Below are positions 1-8,385 of a stretch of 64,000 nucleotides of DNA, one piece after another (positions within the stretch are counted from its first letter, which is position 1; each line of letters starts with the position of its first letter). The notes under the pieces are model-generated. The model was not told where the DNA came from. It did no database searches and worked only from the letters and a program-made list of their open reading frames with translations. The DNA comes from Myxococcota bacterium. GTDB taxonomy: Bacteria; Myxococcota_A; Bradymonadia; UBA4248. The position numbers were made by a program, and so were the translations under genes. The DNA is taken from positions 1,448 to 65,447 of the forward strand of contig JAZUKH010000280.1 of the NCBI GenBank assembly GCA_045643185.1, written 5' to 3'.

Positions 1-2457
1 CGCACAAACTTTTTGCTGGAAGAAGCAGCGGCTACACAAGCGCGCGGTGGCAATATTTATGATGATTTTATTCAGCCCTTCTATTTTGGAACACTGAATG
101 TGCCCGCCAATACACGTAATGCACGTGCCAAAGCGTTTGGAAAGATCCCTTTTTTGAACGGCGGTCTGTTTCAACCGACGGTAGAAGAAATCGAAAATCC
201 TCACCGGACCGTAGATAACGCAGTGTTTTTTGGAATTTGTGAGTCGATTCTGGGTGACTGGGAATTTACGGATCACGAGACACACCACGCCGATTCGGCG
301 CTCGACCCGATGATGCTTGGACACGTGTTTGAAATGCTGATGCCACGATCTCTTCGCGCACAAACCGGATCATTCTACACACCCATGAACCTGGTGCGTG
401 ACGTGACCCATCGTGCCATGAGCAACTGGCTGGAACGCCGATGCGGACTGACGAGCGCTGCGGCAGAAGCATTGATCGACCAAGGTCTGACAACAACATT
501 GAGCGATTCAGACATCGAACAGGTGCTGTCAGCGTTGACACAGGCGCGTATCCTCGATCTATCGGCTGGCTCCGGCGCGTTTTTGCAGGAAGCAAGCACC
601 GTACTTCATCGAGCCATTTCAGCACTGCACACCCGTCTGGGCTCGTCCGTCGCCCCTGCAGAGCTCGCCCGCGATATTTTGCTCAACAATATCTTTGGCG
701 TCGACATTCTGGAACCGGCCAACCGCATTTGTGAGCTGCGATTGTGGCTGACGACGCTTCAATATTACCAGACGGGCGCAGCGATCCCGCCGCTGCCAAA
801 TCTGGACATGAACATCCGATGCGGACATGCGCTCATCGACTTAACACAGTACGCTATGACCCTGGGCATCGACGCGACACGTCTGACCAATGCTCAGAGC
901 GCAGCCTTGCGCGCCCAATACGGTCGCGCAAACGGCCGCGAAAAACAACAACTCGCCCAGTCGATCGAAACCCTTGACCACGCCGTCGAACAACACCTCG
1001 TCGAAACGCTCAAGACAACACTACAAGCCAAAATCCATGACATTCAGTCGGCATTTCCGGCCAAAAACTTGTTTGGCGAAACGAACGTGATGCCCTTCAA
1101 CACGCGTCAGGCACTACAGGCACTGCAGGCACACCTCAACGCGCTCGAAAGCAAACACCTGAACGGCACGTTTTCGTTCGACGTGCATTATGCGGAGGTC
1201 ATGCGGGAAGGCGGCTTTGACATTATTTTGGGCAATCCGCCATGGTATTCGCTCCACACACGTGATTGCGATGAACAGGCGACACTGCGTCGTCTCTACC
1301 AAACGGCGCAAAAGCCCGACCAACAGCCAAACTTCACAAATCAGTCTATGGACATCAGCGCGCTTTTTGTCGAAAAGTCGCTCCAGGTGACGCGCCCTGG
1401 CGGCGTCGTCGCCATGCTTTTGCCCAACAAACTGTTTAACGCGCCAAGTTACGAACGTTTTCGTCAATACGTGGCGGTTCACGCTGAAACGGTCGATATG
1501 AAAGACTGGTCGGCCCTTTCGCCCTTCGACGCGGCGACCTACCCGGCCGACGTCATTCTGATGAAACGACATGCGCCATATCACGCAAACACAGGCTGGT
1601 TAACCGATCACGACGCCGTTCGGAGCGTTCTTTTGGAAGATACGCCATTGATGCGGAATGTCGCTTCAGACAACACGCTTCAATCACACTTCACGCTCAA
1701 ACGAGGTCTGCGCACAAGCGCCAACGATCTGTTTTTGTGCCGCCTCACCGAATCAGACGCTCAAACAGGCATTTCACAAGTCCAAGTAGCGTCAGAAGCC
1801 GAACCGGTCTCAATCGAAACGAGCCAACTGTACCCGATCATTCGTGGCACCGACATTCGTCCATTTCACGTGACGATCCAACACCACCTGATCTTGACAC
1901 ACACGCTGACCGATTTGAGCAAGCCGATGACAGATCTGCCAGCCCTGACCCAAAAGTGGTTTCAGCGTCACCAGACTCGACTTTCGTCACGTTCGGGCAT
2001 TCGACGTGGGCCTTACACAGCAATCTTTGGCGCTAGTCAATGTTTACGACGTCCCAAAGTCGTATGGCGAGACATTGGTCGAATGCTTTCGGCCGTTTTT
2101 GAACCGCGCGAAGACGTATTTGTGCTGAACACGGCCTATTACATACCCGTAGCTGACGAGCGCATGGGATATCTTCTGAGCGGTTTTTTGAACTCAACGC
2201 CGATCCGCGAATACTGCCAAAAGCGCGCGGAATATGCGCGCGGTGGCTATCGACGCTTTTTTGCCTGGTTGATCGGCGAAATACCATGGACGTTTGACCA
2301 AGCATTTCAAAACAGTGCGCTTGGTGAACGCATCATCGCGATTTCGAAAGAAGCGCACGCGATGGCGACGAGTCTGGGCATTCCGCTGAGGCTTCAGACA
2401 CAACTGGATCACTGTGTTTTGCGCGCGATGGCGCAGCAAGGAGCAAAATATGAATGA
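1..2457 (+). CDS. N6-adenine DNA methyltransferase, gamma-class (Eco57I/TaqI/PglX-like) with C-terminal TaqI_C-like specificity region; 5' end cut by window edge
   Basis: Frame is open from nt 1 (the track starts at TTG 13). Motifs: 'FLNGGLF' helper motif, SAM motif I 'ILDLSAGSGAFL', catalytic motif IV 'GNPPWY', and downstream 'LYPIIRGTDIRPFHV' resembling a TaqI_C target-recognition domain. Confidence 0.75.
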   Translation, partial: RTNFLLEEAAATQARGGNIYDDFIQPFYFGTLNVPANTRNARAKAFGKIPFLNGGLFQPTVEEIENPHRTVDNAVFFGICESILGDWEFTDHETHHADSALDPMMLGHVFEMLMPRSLRAQTGSFYTPMNLVRDVTHRAMSNWLERRCGLTSAAAEALIDQGLTTTLSDSDIEQVLSALTQARILDLSAGSGAFLQEASTVLHRAISALHTRLGSSVAPAELARDILLNNIFGVDILEPANRICELRLWLTTLQYYQTGAAIPPLPNLDMNIRCGHALIDLTQYAMTLGIDATRLTNAQSAALRAQYGRANGREKQQLAQSIETLDHAVEQHLVETLKTTLQAKIHDIQSAFPAKNLFGETNVMPFNTRQALQALQAHLNALESKHLNGTFSFDVHYAEVMREGGFDIILGNPPWYSLHTRDCDEQATLRRLYQTAQKPDQQPNFTNQSMDISALFVEKSLQVTRPGGVVAMLLPNKLFNAPSYERFRQYVAVHAETVDMKDWSALSPFDAATYPADVILMKRHAPYHANTGWLTDHDAVRSVLLEDTPLMRNVASDNTLQSHFTLKRGLRTSANDLFLCRLTESDAQTGISQVQVASEAEPVSIETSQLYPIIRGTDIRPFHVTIQHHLILTHTLTDLSKPMTDLPALTQKWFQRHQTRLSSRSGIRRGPYTAIFGASQCLRRPKVVWRDIGRMLSAVFEPREDVFVLNTAYYIPVADERMGYLLSGFLNSTPIREYCQKRAEYARGGYRRFFAWLIGEIPWTFDQAFQNSALGERIIAISKEAHAMATSLGIPLRLQTQLDHCVLRAMAQQGAKYE

Positions 2458-4417
2458 CATGACCTGGAATGACGCGCTTCAAGCGCGCTTTGCGCCATCG
2501 ACACCAACCGAGTTTAAAGACCAACCGAGTTTGAGCGAAGCTCAAGCGACGACGCTCGGTCATGCGCTTCGTATCATTGCGGATGACCACGCTGTGTTGT
2601 TGTGCGAAGACACGGGGACAGGCAAGACGTACGTCGCAGCGGCGTTAGCGAAGAACTTGTTGTCGCGCGGCACGATCGACAGCGTCGCGGTCGTCGGACC
2701 GGCCCATCTTTGTGGTATGTGGCGCACTGTACTGGCGCGTTTTGGGGTGAACGCGAGCTATTTGTCGTACCAAAGGGCGAGTTTGGGACATGAACCACGG
2801 GTACAGGGAAAAGCGTTGGTTTTGGTGGATGAGGCGCACGCGCTCAAAAACCCGACGACCCAAAGGTATCGCACACTCGCGCCGTTTTTGAAGCGTCACG
2901 CGCTTTGCCTGATCACCGCAACGCCGATCTCACTTGGTTTTGGCGACCTGAGTGCATTGCTTCAATTGTGTGGCCTGCCTGTCTCGATCCGGTCTGACAG
3001 CGACGCCCTGCGTATGTTTGCAATGTCACTCTGTCCGCGCTTTTTTGGCGCGCCGCTACGTCTCAATGAGGTCACCCACGAAGTGGTGCATCGCGCCATA
3101 CTTTTTGAGCTACCCAACGAGACCGAAGCCTTCGTCGATCTGTGTCTCGACACCCCCTGGCCCGTGTTTCAAAACGATCAAATGACGAATTCGACGCTGA
3201 TCCCACGCATTCTGCTTCACCGATTTCGCAGTCATCCGCACGCGAGCTTACTGTCGCTCAAACGCCTGCTTCGTTATTACGCGTCATGTCTTAAAACGGG
3301 CGCAATGCGTCCGATCACGCGCCGTGAATTCACGGCATTGTTTGGCCTTGAAGGCGTTCAACTGCCGCTCCCCTTCGGCCTTCGTGACGACGTCATGCCC
3401 ACTTCAGACGTACACACCATACTTGAACGCACGACGAGTCAGCTCTCGCGCATGATCGCGCTCGTGCAGACTATGCTTTCGTCCCCCGACATGCGCGTAC
3501 GAGCCCTGTTACCCGCCATTGCGGCGTCATCAGCCCCGGTCGTGCTGTTCACTCAATATGCCGACACCGCGCAGTTTGTGGCGCGTATCCTGGCTTCACA
3601 CACGGCGACTGGCTGCATCACCGCGTCGCAAGCGACGCTCAATGGACACACGATCGACCGTGACTTATTGCAAAACATGTTCGACCCCGATTTTGAATTA
3701 CCCGACACATGGCGAGCAGCCCATTTGCCCGTTCCACACGTATTGGTTGCGACCGATACACTGAGCGCTGGACACAATCTGCAACGAGCCGCCATTTTGT
3801 TCCACCTTGACCTGCCATGGAATCCAACCACGGTTCAGCAACGAGAAGGCCGTATTTTGCGCCATCACCAGCGTGCTGCGCGCGTCGAGCTGATCCGTCT
3901 TGAACCCCGTGCGATGCCTCCACGACTCGCAGCCATCGCTCAAAGCTTGACCGCGCGTTTTGAAGCGCGTCACGCGCTTCAAAACCAGTGGCACGACCCC
4001 TCGTTGATCACGAATCCAACGACGTTCATGCTCTCGGAGTCGCGTAAAATGCCTGGACTTTGGGCCAAGTTTGATGGCACTTGGTTGCCGATCCACCCAC
4101 AATTTGCGCGTGGTGCGCACATTTCACGTCGTCTTTCACTCCACGCTGCGTTGCTCCGCAGCGCACATCCCAATGCTTCCCAACTTCGCCGCCTCGTGGC
4201 CACACTCGCCCACGACCGCTACAACCCGTCCACGACGACGCGGCTATTGGCGCTTGAACGCTACGCCGAGATCACCGCACTTTGGCCCGCGCTCAACACG
4301 CCATTGAGCGACGACCCCGAAGCTGCTTTTGCTCAGATCGACGCACTACTCAACCAGTTTGCCGATCAACTGCCCGCCAACGCGACCGTCATGCTCGCAC
4401 AACGTGCCGCATGTTAA
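2450..4417 (+). CDS. SNF2-family (SF2) ATPase/helicase
   Basis: Walker A 'DTGTGKTYVAAA', SNF2-type 'VLVDEAHALKN' (DExH..KN), helicase motif VI 'QREGRILRHHQ'. Likely start is ATG 2450, preceded by an AGGAG RBS. Start overlaps the MTase stop (ATGAATGA), implying translational coupling. Confidence 0.7.
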   Translation: MNDMTWNDALQARFAPSTPTEFKDQPSLSEAQATTLGHALRIIADDHAVLLCEDTGTGKTYVAAALAKNLLSRGTIDSVAVVGPAHLCGMWRTVLARFGVNASYLSYQRASLGHEPRVQGKALVLVDEAHALKNPTTQRYRTLAPFLKRHALCLITATPISLGFGDLSALLQLCGLPVSIRSDSDALRMFAMSLCPRFFGAPLRLNEVTHEVVHRAILFELPNETEAFVDLCLDTPWPVFQNDQMTNSTLIPRILLHRFRSHPHASLLSLKRLLRYYASCLKTGAMRPITRREFTALFGLEGVQLPLPFGLRDDVMPTSDVHTILERTTSQLSRMIALVQTMLSSPDMRVRALLPAIAASSAPVVLFTQYADTAQFVARILASHTATGCITASQATLNGHTIDRDLLQNMFDPDFELPDTWRAAHLPVPHVLVATDTLSAGHNLQRAAILFHLDLPWNPTTVQQREGRILRHHQRAARVELIRLEPRAMPPRLAAIAQSLTARFEARHALQNQWHDPSLITNPTTFMLSESRKMPGLWAKFDGTWLPIHPQFARGAHISRRLSLHAALLRSAHPNASQLRRLVATLAHDRYNPSTTTRLLALERYAEITALWPALNTPLSDDPEAAFAQIDALLNQFADQLPANATVMLAQRAAC

Positions 4418-4456
4418 AACACTAGAGACACACTTTACTTTACATAAGACAACCCC

Positions 4457-4924
4457 ATGACCCACCGAACTAAACCTTTGTCCCCAACTGGCGGGCGCGT
4501 ATCAGAAGACGCGCATCTCCACCTATCCACCATGACGCGCACTGGGCGTCATGGCCGAATCGCCGAAAACCTCGTCGTCTGGTTTCTAAAAAACCGAGGC
4601 TACCACGTCGTCGACCGCAATTTTCGCACAACCACAGGTGAGATCGACATCATTGCGTTGGAACGCCGAAGCAATTTCCTGGCGATCCACTTTGTCGAAG
4701 TCAAATCCCGTTACGGTCACAGCCGTGCCATGCCCGAATACGCAGTGACCTATACCAAACAAAAGAAAATCTTTGGCACTGCGCGTTTTTGGATACTGAC
4801 CCATCGCTATCGTCGAACGGTCTACCACTTCGACATAGCTGCCGTCCTGATCCCCGATCGACGTTTACCACACATTCGTTATCTGCCTGACGCCTACTAT
4901 CCGCGTCAGGAGTTTGGTTGGTGA
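4457..4924 (+). CDS. yraN: YraN/UPF0102-family PD-(D/E)xK endonuclease-like protein (N-terminally extended; alternative start near 4532)
   Basis: Matches the YraN consensus: 'GRHGRIAENLVVWFLKNRGYHVVDRNFR..GEIDIIA', 'FVEVKSR', 'KQKKIFGTARFWI', 'FDIAAV'. Begins 40 bp after the helicase gene. Confidence 0.7.
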   Translation: MTHRTKPLSPTGGRVSEDAHLHLSTMTRTGRHGRIAENLVVWFLKNRGYHVVDRNFRTTTGEIDIIALERRSNFLAIHFVEVKSRYGHSRAMPEYAVTYTKQKKIFGTARFWILTHRYRRTVYHFDIAAVLIPDRRLPHIRYLPDAYYPRQEFGW

Positions 4925-4930
4925 ACGACG

Positions 4931-5503
4931 CTAGTTCACCGACATGAGCACATCCCCAAACACAGGGGCGTAGCTTTTGAACCAGTTTTCGGGAGCGACC
5001 GCGAAAAAGACCACATGATTCGCCTCCGTCGGGTGAATGATCGCGGCCATCAGTTGAACGCGTTCGCCCCCCACTCGTCCCGTATACTCGATCCTGTCGA
5101 CCGTTTCACCGTTGGCCAGCGTCACAGACTGGGTCGAAGCAGGCTTAAACTCGGCAAAGAACCAGTCATTGAGCGCCTGATTGAGTTGTTCTGGTGTCTG
5201 AACCGAGTCTGAGCGATAGACTGCGCCCATCACGGCCGAATAATTGACATCGACAAAAGCGACACCGCCTTGTTTCCCGTCACGATACTGCCATTCAGCC
5301 GGGAGTTTGAGAGCGATCTTGTCTTTTGACGTCACGTCCTTTAACTCAATCTGAGCGAGTTTTTGAACGATCGCTTGAGTTTCGTCAGGCACTTTGGCCT
5401 TGGCCAAAGGGGCAGAAACCAACAGAATGAAACTGACACAAAGAATGGGAAATAGAGAGCGTTTCATGAGAAAAGCCAAGGCGGCATAAGAAGTCTGTCG
5501 CAT
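4931..5503 (-). CDS. hypothetical exported (periplasmic) protein
   Basis: N-terminal signal peptide 'MKRSLFPILCVSFILLVSAPLAKA' (true start may be the internal Met). No recognisable catalytic motif. Confidence 0.5.
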   Translation of the reverse strand: MRQTSYAALAFLMKRSLFPILCVSFILLVSAPLAKAKVPDETQAIVQKLAQIELKDVTSKDKIALKLPAEWQYRDGKQGGVAFVDVNYSAVMGAVYRSDSVQTPEQLNQALNDWFFAEFKPASTQSVTLANGETVDRIEYTGRVGGERVQLMAAIIHPTEANHVVFFAVAPENWFKSYAPVFGDVLMSVN

Positions 5504-5530
5504 GACGCAGAATCGAGGTAAATGACAAAA

Positions 5531-5560
5531 AAAGCCCCGTTTAACGGGGCTTATTTGAAG
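5531..5560 (-). terminator. rho-independent terminator for gene 5575..6849
   Basis: Hairpin AGCCCCGTTAAACGGGGCT followed by a T-run on the minus strand, immediately 3' of the stop. Confidence 0.6.
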
Positions 5561-5574
5561 ATGACTATGCAGGA

Positions 5575-6849
5575 CTAGAGTTTTTCTTCGGTCGCGATGG
5601 CGTGAAGTTTACCCACGAGACCATCGGTGGACTTATCGATATCACCGAGGATCGCCATGATCTGCATCATACGTTTGCGATAGCGTTCGAGGGCGTTGGG
5701 GCTAGCAGCATAGAGTTTTGCACGATCAAGAAGCATAATCTCATCCGCAAAGACGACCTCTTCATTCCCGTTACGATCCTGAATAACGTACATCAGACGA
5801 TTCGGGACGGTGAGCCCATCGGGCACGGGTGAGCTTTCAACGAGATGTTTCTCTTTGATTTCTTTTTCGGACGGTGCTTTGAAGTTACGGGCGTCGGTTG
5901 CCTTGCCACTTTCTTTGAGCTGAGCAAAAACGCGATCGGCCTCTTCATCGTCGGTGATAGCACGTTTGACCTGATAGATCTCGGTAGAACGCATGGCTTC
6001 GACGGTACGATCAGCTTTAGGATAGGAAACTTTCTTAGGATCCATATCAGGATCGGTATCGACAATGGACATCATCTGAACCGGATCGATTTTGAGGGCA
6101 TAAACGATGTTTTTATCGGTTGCGCTATTTTGGCCAAGGAGAGTCTGAATTTCGTCCATATCGAGTTCAGTCTGTTCGATATGGGAATCGAGGATGCGGC
6201 CGAGAGTCATGGTGCCAGCAGCATAACCACGGATATCGCTAAGCGGGTTCTGGAGGGCATTACTGGCCATCGTGATGGCTTCAGCAGGGATATCCGCGCT
6301 GACATCGACCATGAAGTTTTTCTCTTTGTAGCGTTTGATGGTCTCGTTAAAGAATTTCTCGTTATATTCGAGAACGCCAGCGCCGAGAGATTCAGAGCGC
6401 TGTTTAAAGACCTGAGCGAATTCCTGGAAGTTGTCGACGCGGGGACGAATGGTCTCATCGATCGTTTTCGCGATATCGATACGGGCATTAACATCACTGC
6501 GATCGGAAAGAACGCCCTGCCAGAGGTAACCGATGAAAGCGCCGAAGATAAGGGCGATGATCACAACGGCAACGACCATGATATCTTTGCGTTTATCTTT
6601 GGCGTATTTGGAACCGAGGGAGGCGTCGACGAGACGACCGTCGAAGTCGAACATTTTCGCGCGTTCGCGTTCCTGTTCTTCCTCAATGATGATCTCCTGT
6701 TGCTGTTTCTGGGGAACTTTAAAGCCACCGCCGAAACCGCCGAAACCGCCACCACCTTTATTTGCGCCACCAAAGCCGCCACCGAAGCCACCGGCTTTAG
6801 ACGAACCAAATCCACTTCCATTATTTCCAGACTGATTATTGGAATTCAA
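5575..6849 (-). CDS. hypothetical single-pass membrane protein, Gly-rich N-terminus (paralog 1)
   Basis: N-terminal 'GGFGGGFGG' low-complexity region, TM helix 'IMVVAVVIIALIFGAFIGYLW', and a C-terminal domain homologous to 7092..8210 ('NRLMYVIQDRNGNEEVVFADEIMLLDR' vs 'NRVMYEVTDRRGNDNQLFADEVLLVDR'). Confidence 0.65.
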   Translation of the reverse strand: MNSNNQSGNNGSGFGSSKAGGFGGGFGGANKGGGGFGGFGGGFKVPQKQQQEIIIEEEQERERAKMFDFDGRLVDASLGSKYAKDKRKDIMVVAVVIIALIFGAFIGYLWQGVLSDRSDVNARIDIAKTIDETIRPRVDNFQEFAQVFKQRSESLGAGVLEYNEKFFNETIKRYKEKNFMVDVSADIPAEAITMASNALQNPLSDIRGYAAGTMTLGRILDSHIEQTELDMDEIQTLLGQNSATDKNIVYALKIDPVQMMSIVDTDPDMDPKKVSYPKADRTVEAMRSTEIYQVKRAITDDEEADRVFAQLKESGKATDARNFKAPSEKEIKEKHLVESSPVPDGLTVPNRLMYVIQDRNGNEEVVFADEIMLLDRAKLYAASPNALERYRKRMMQIMAILGDIDKSTDGLVGKLHAIATEEKL

Positions 6850-6939
6850 CGCTTCCTCCTGATCGGTTTAGCGACTGATACACAAATCGTTTGACGACAA
6901 AGATAGGTAATCTGCGGTCTAATCATTTTTTTAAGACAG

Positions 6940-6995
6940 ACCAAAACACGGCGTATATTCTATCGTTTTTTGGCCTTTTTCGTCAAGCTTCTTTG
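6940..6995 (-). promoter_or_regulatory. candidate sigma70-type promoter (TTGACG-N18-TAGAAT) for paralog 1
   Basis: On the coding strand: GCTTGACGAAAAAGGCCAAAAAACGATAGAATATAC. The same TTGACGAAAAA core recurs upstream of paralog 2. A perfect 8-bp palindrome GTGCGCTC-GCT-GAGCGCAC lies nearby at about 7016-7036. Confidence 0.4.
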
Positions 6996-7039
6996 CAAGG
7001 GAAGGGCGCATGAACGTGTGCGCTCGCTGAGCGCACCGA

Positions 7040-7078
7040 CAAAAAAAGGCTCCCTTTTGGGGAGCCTTTTGAAGGTTT
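7040..7078 (-). terminator. rho-independent terminator for gene 7092..8210
   Basis: AAAGGCTCCCCAAAAGGGAGCCTTTTTTT on the minus strand, directly 3' of the stop. Confidence 0.6.
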
Positions 7079-7091
7079 ACTCGTTTTGAAA

Positions 7092-8210
7092 CTATTCAGC
7101 GTCTTTATCTTTAATAAAGACGGAGAGGTCACTGCTGATATTCGCACTCACCTTACGGGTATCTTCAACGAGGCGTTTGATCTGATCGGTACGCTGATTG
7201 TAACGGTCGAGGGCATTCGCAGCCTTACCGAAAAGAAGCTTACGATCGACGAGAAGAACTTCATCGGCGAAAAGCTGATTGTCATTACCACGACGGTCGG
7301 TGACTTCGTACATCACGCGGTTCGGAAGATCAAACTCGGCAAGACTCTTCGATTCAGCTTTGGTCGGAACATAGTCACGATACTGACGCTGTGCCGTCGA
7401 CCAACCTTTCTCGGATTTATAGGCCGAATACATATCGCTAAGTTCCTGATTATCTTTCACAACATTGCGATATGTAAAGATGCTGACTACACCGTTCGCA
7501 AACTGATCACGTGGTGCTGCAGAACCCAGGTAATAAATACCATCGCTGTTGATCTGCATCGCATAGGTCACTTCAGAAACACCTTTCTTTTCGATCAACA
7601 TCTGGATCTCTTCCTCGTCGATGCGAGTTTCGTTGAGGTGGATGCTCAGAAGCTGCGTCAGAAGCATCGTGTTCGCAGAATATTCGCGAAGCGCTTTCAC
7701 AGGATTGGCCAAAGGATTACCATTAAGAAGAATGACTTCCGACGAAACCTCGCTCGACATATCGAGAAGGAAATCGAACGACTGGAAGTTGCTCATAACA
7801 GAGTCAAAAAGCGACTTGTTGTAGCTCTCCGCACCGGAAAGTTTGTCGAATTCCGTTGCAAATTTGTTGAAGTTCGCAACCTTGTTATCAACGGAACGTT
7901 TGATCGTGGAAGCTATGGTCGATTTACGTTTCTCGTCGTTATTGCTTTCGCTAATGTTACCAAAGATCAAACCAATGATCGCACCCACAATGGCAACGAC
8001 AACGATGATTGCGACGACCTTGATAACCTGTTTGTTATCGCTCCCCTGGCCAGTGTAGTTGAGCTGCTTTAACTCTTCCTCGTCAATGGGGACTTCAGGC
8101 GGGACATAGTTATAGTCATCCGGCTCCGGCTCATACTCAATGACAACTTCCGGTTCCAATTTTTTAACTTCATTGCTCGAAGAATTCAACACGGCCTCCT
8201 GAGCTCGCAA
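7092..8210 (-). CDS. hypothetical single-pass membrane protein (paralog 2 of 5575..6849)
   Basis: TM helix 'VIKVVAIIVVVAIVGAIIGLIFG'. C-terminal domain aligns with paralog 1. The antisense ORF 7086..8072 is rejected. Confidence 0.65.
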   Translation of the reverse strand: MRAQEAVLNSSSNEVKKLEPEVVIEYEPEPDDYNYVPPEVPIDEEELKQLNYTGQGSDNKQVIKVVAIIVVVAIVGAIIGLIFGNISESNNDEKRKSTIASTIKRSVDNKVANFNKFATEFDKLSGAESYNKSLFDSVMSNFQSFDFLLDMSSEVSSEVILLNGNPLANPVKALREYSANTMLLTQLLSIHLNETRIDEEEIQMLIEKKGVSEVTYAMQINSDGIYYLGSAAPRDQFANGVVSIFTYRNVVKDNQELSDMYSAYKSEKGWSTAQRQYRDYVPTKAESKSLAEFDLPNRVMYEVTDRRGNDNQLFADEVLLVDRKLLFGKAANALDRYNQRTDQIKRLVEDTRKVSANISSDLSVFIKDKDAE

Positions 8211-8309
8211 ATGTTCGTTATCTCGTCCGCGTCATCTGACTTGGCTTTCAAACAGAACGGTCATCAAATTTTCAATCTTGAACACTGTACTCGAAAAAAA
8301 CAAGTACAG

Positions 8310-8362
8310 AAAAAACCGCAGCTCTTTTACCCTAAAATAGCGTTTTTCGTCAAGCGTTTGGG
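8310..8362 (-). promoter_or_regulatory. candidate sigma70-type promoter (TTGACG -35) for paralog 2
   Basis: Coding strand carries CCAAACGCTTGACGAAAAACGCTATTTTAGGGTAAAAG, with the same 'GCTTGACGAAAAA' motif as upstream of paralog 1 at a similar distance (about 130 bp) from the start codon. Confidence 0.35.
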
Positions 8363-8385
8363 CGTTCCACGCCAACACTCAAAAC

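Noticed and set aside
1114-1584. 156-aa minus-strand ORF inside the MTase gene
   Set aside because: Antisense to a CDS with strong methyltransferase motifs, with no features of its own.
4457-4924. Treating YraN purely as an unrelated housekeeping gene
   Set aside because: Not fully rejected. Kept as the alternative explanation for the MTase-helicase-nuclease finding. Adjacency alone cannot distinguish the two.
5845-6894. 349-aa plus-strand ORF
   Set aside because: Fully antisense to the paralog-1 membrane protein gene. Low-complexity junk translation with no motifs. The minus-strand gene has a TM helix and a homologous paralog.
7086-8072. 328-aa plus-strand ORF
   Set aside because: Antisense to paralog 2. 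Same reasoning as above.
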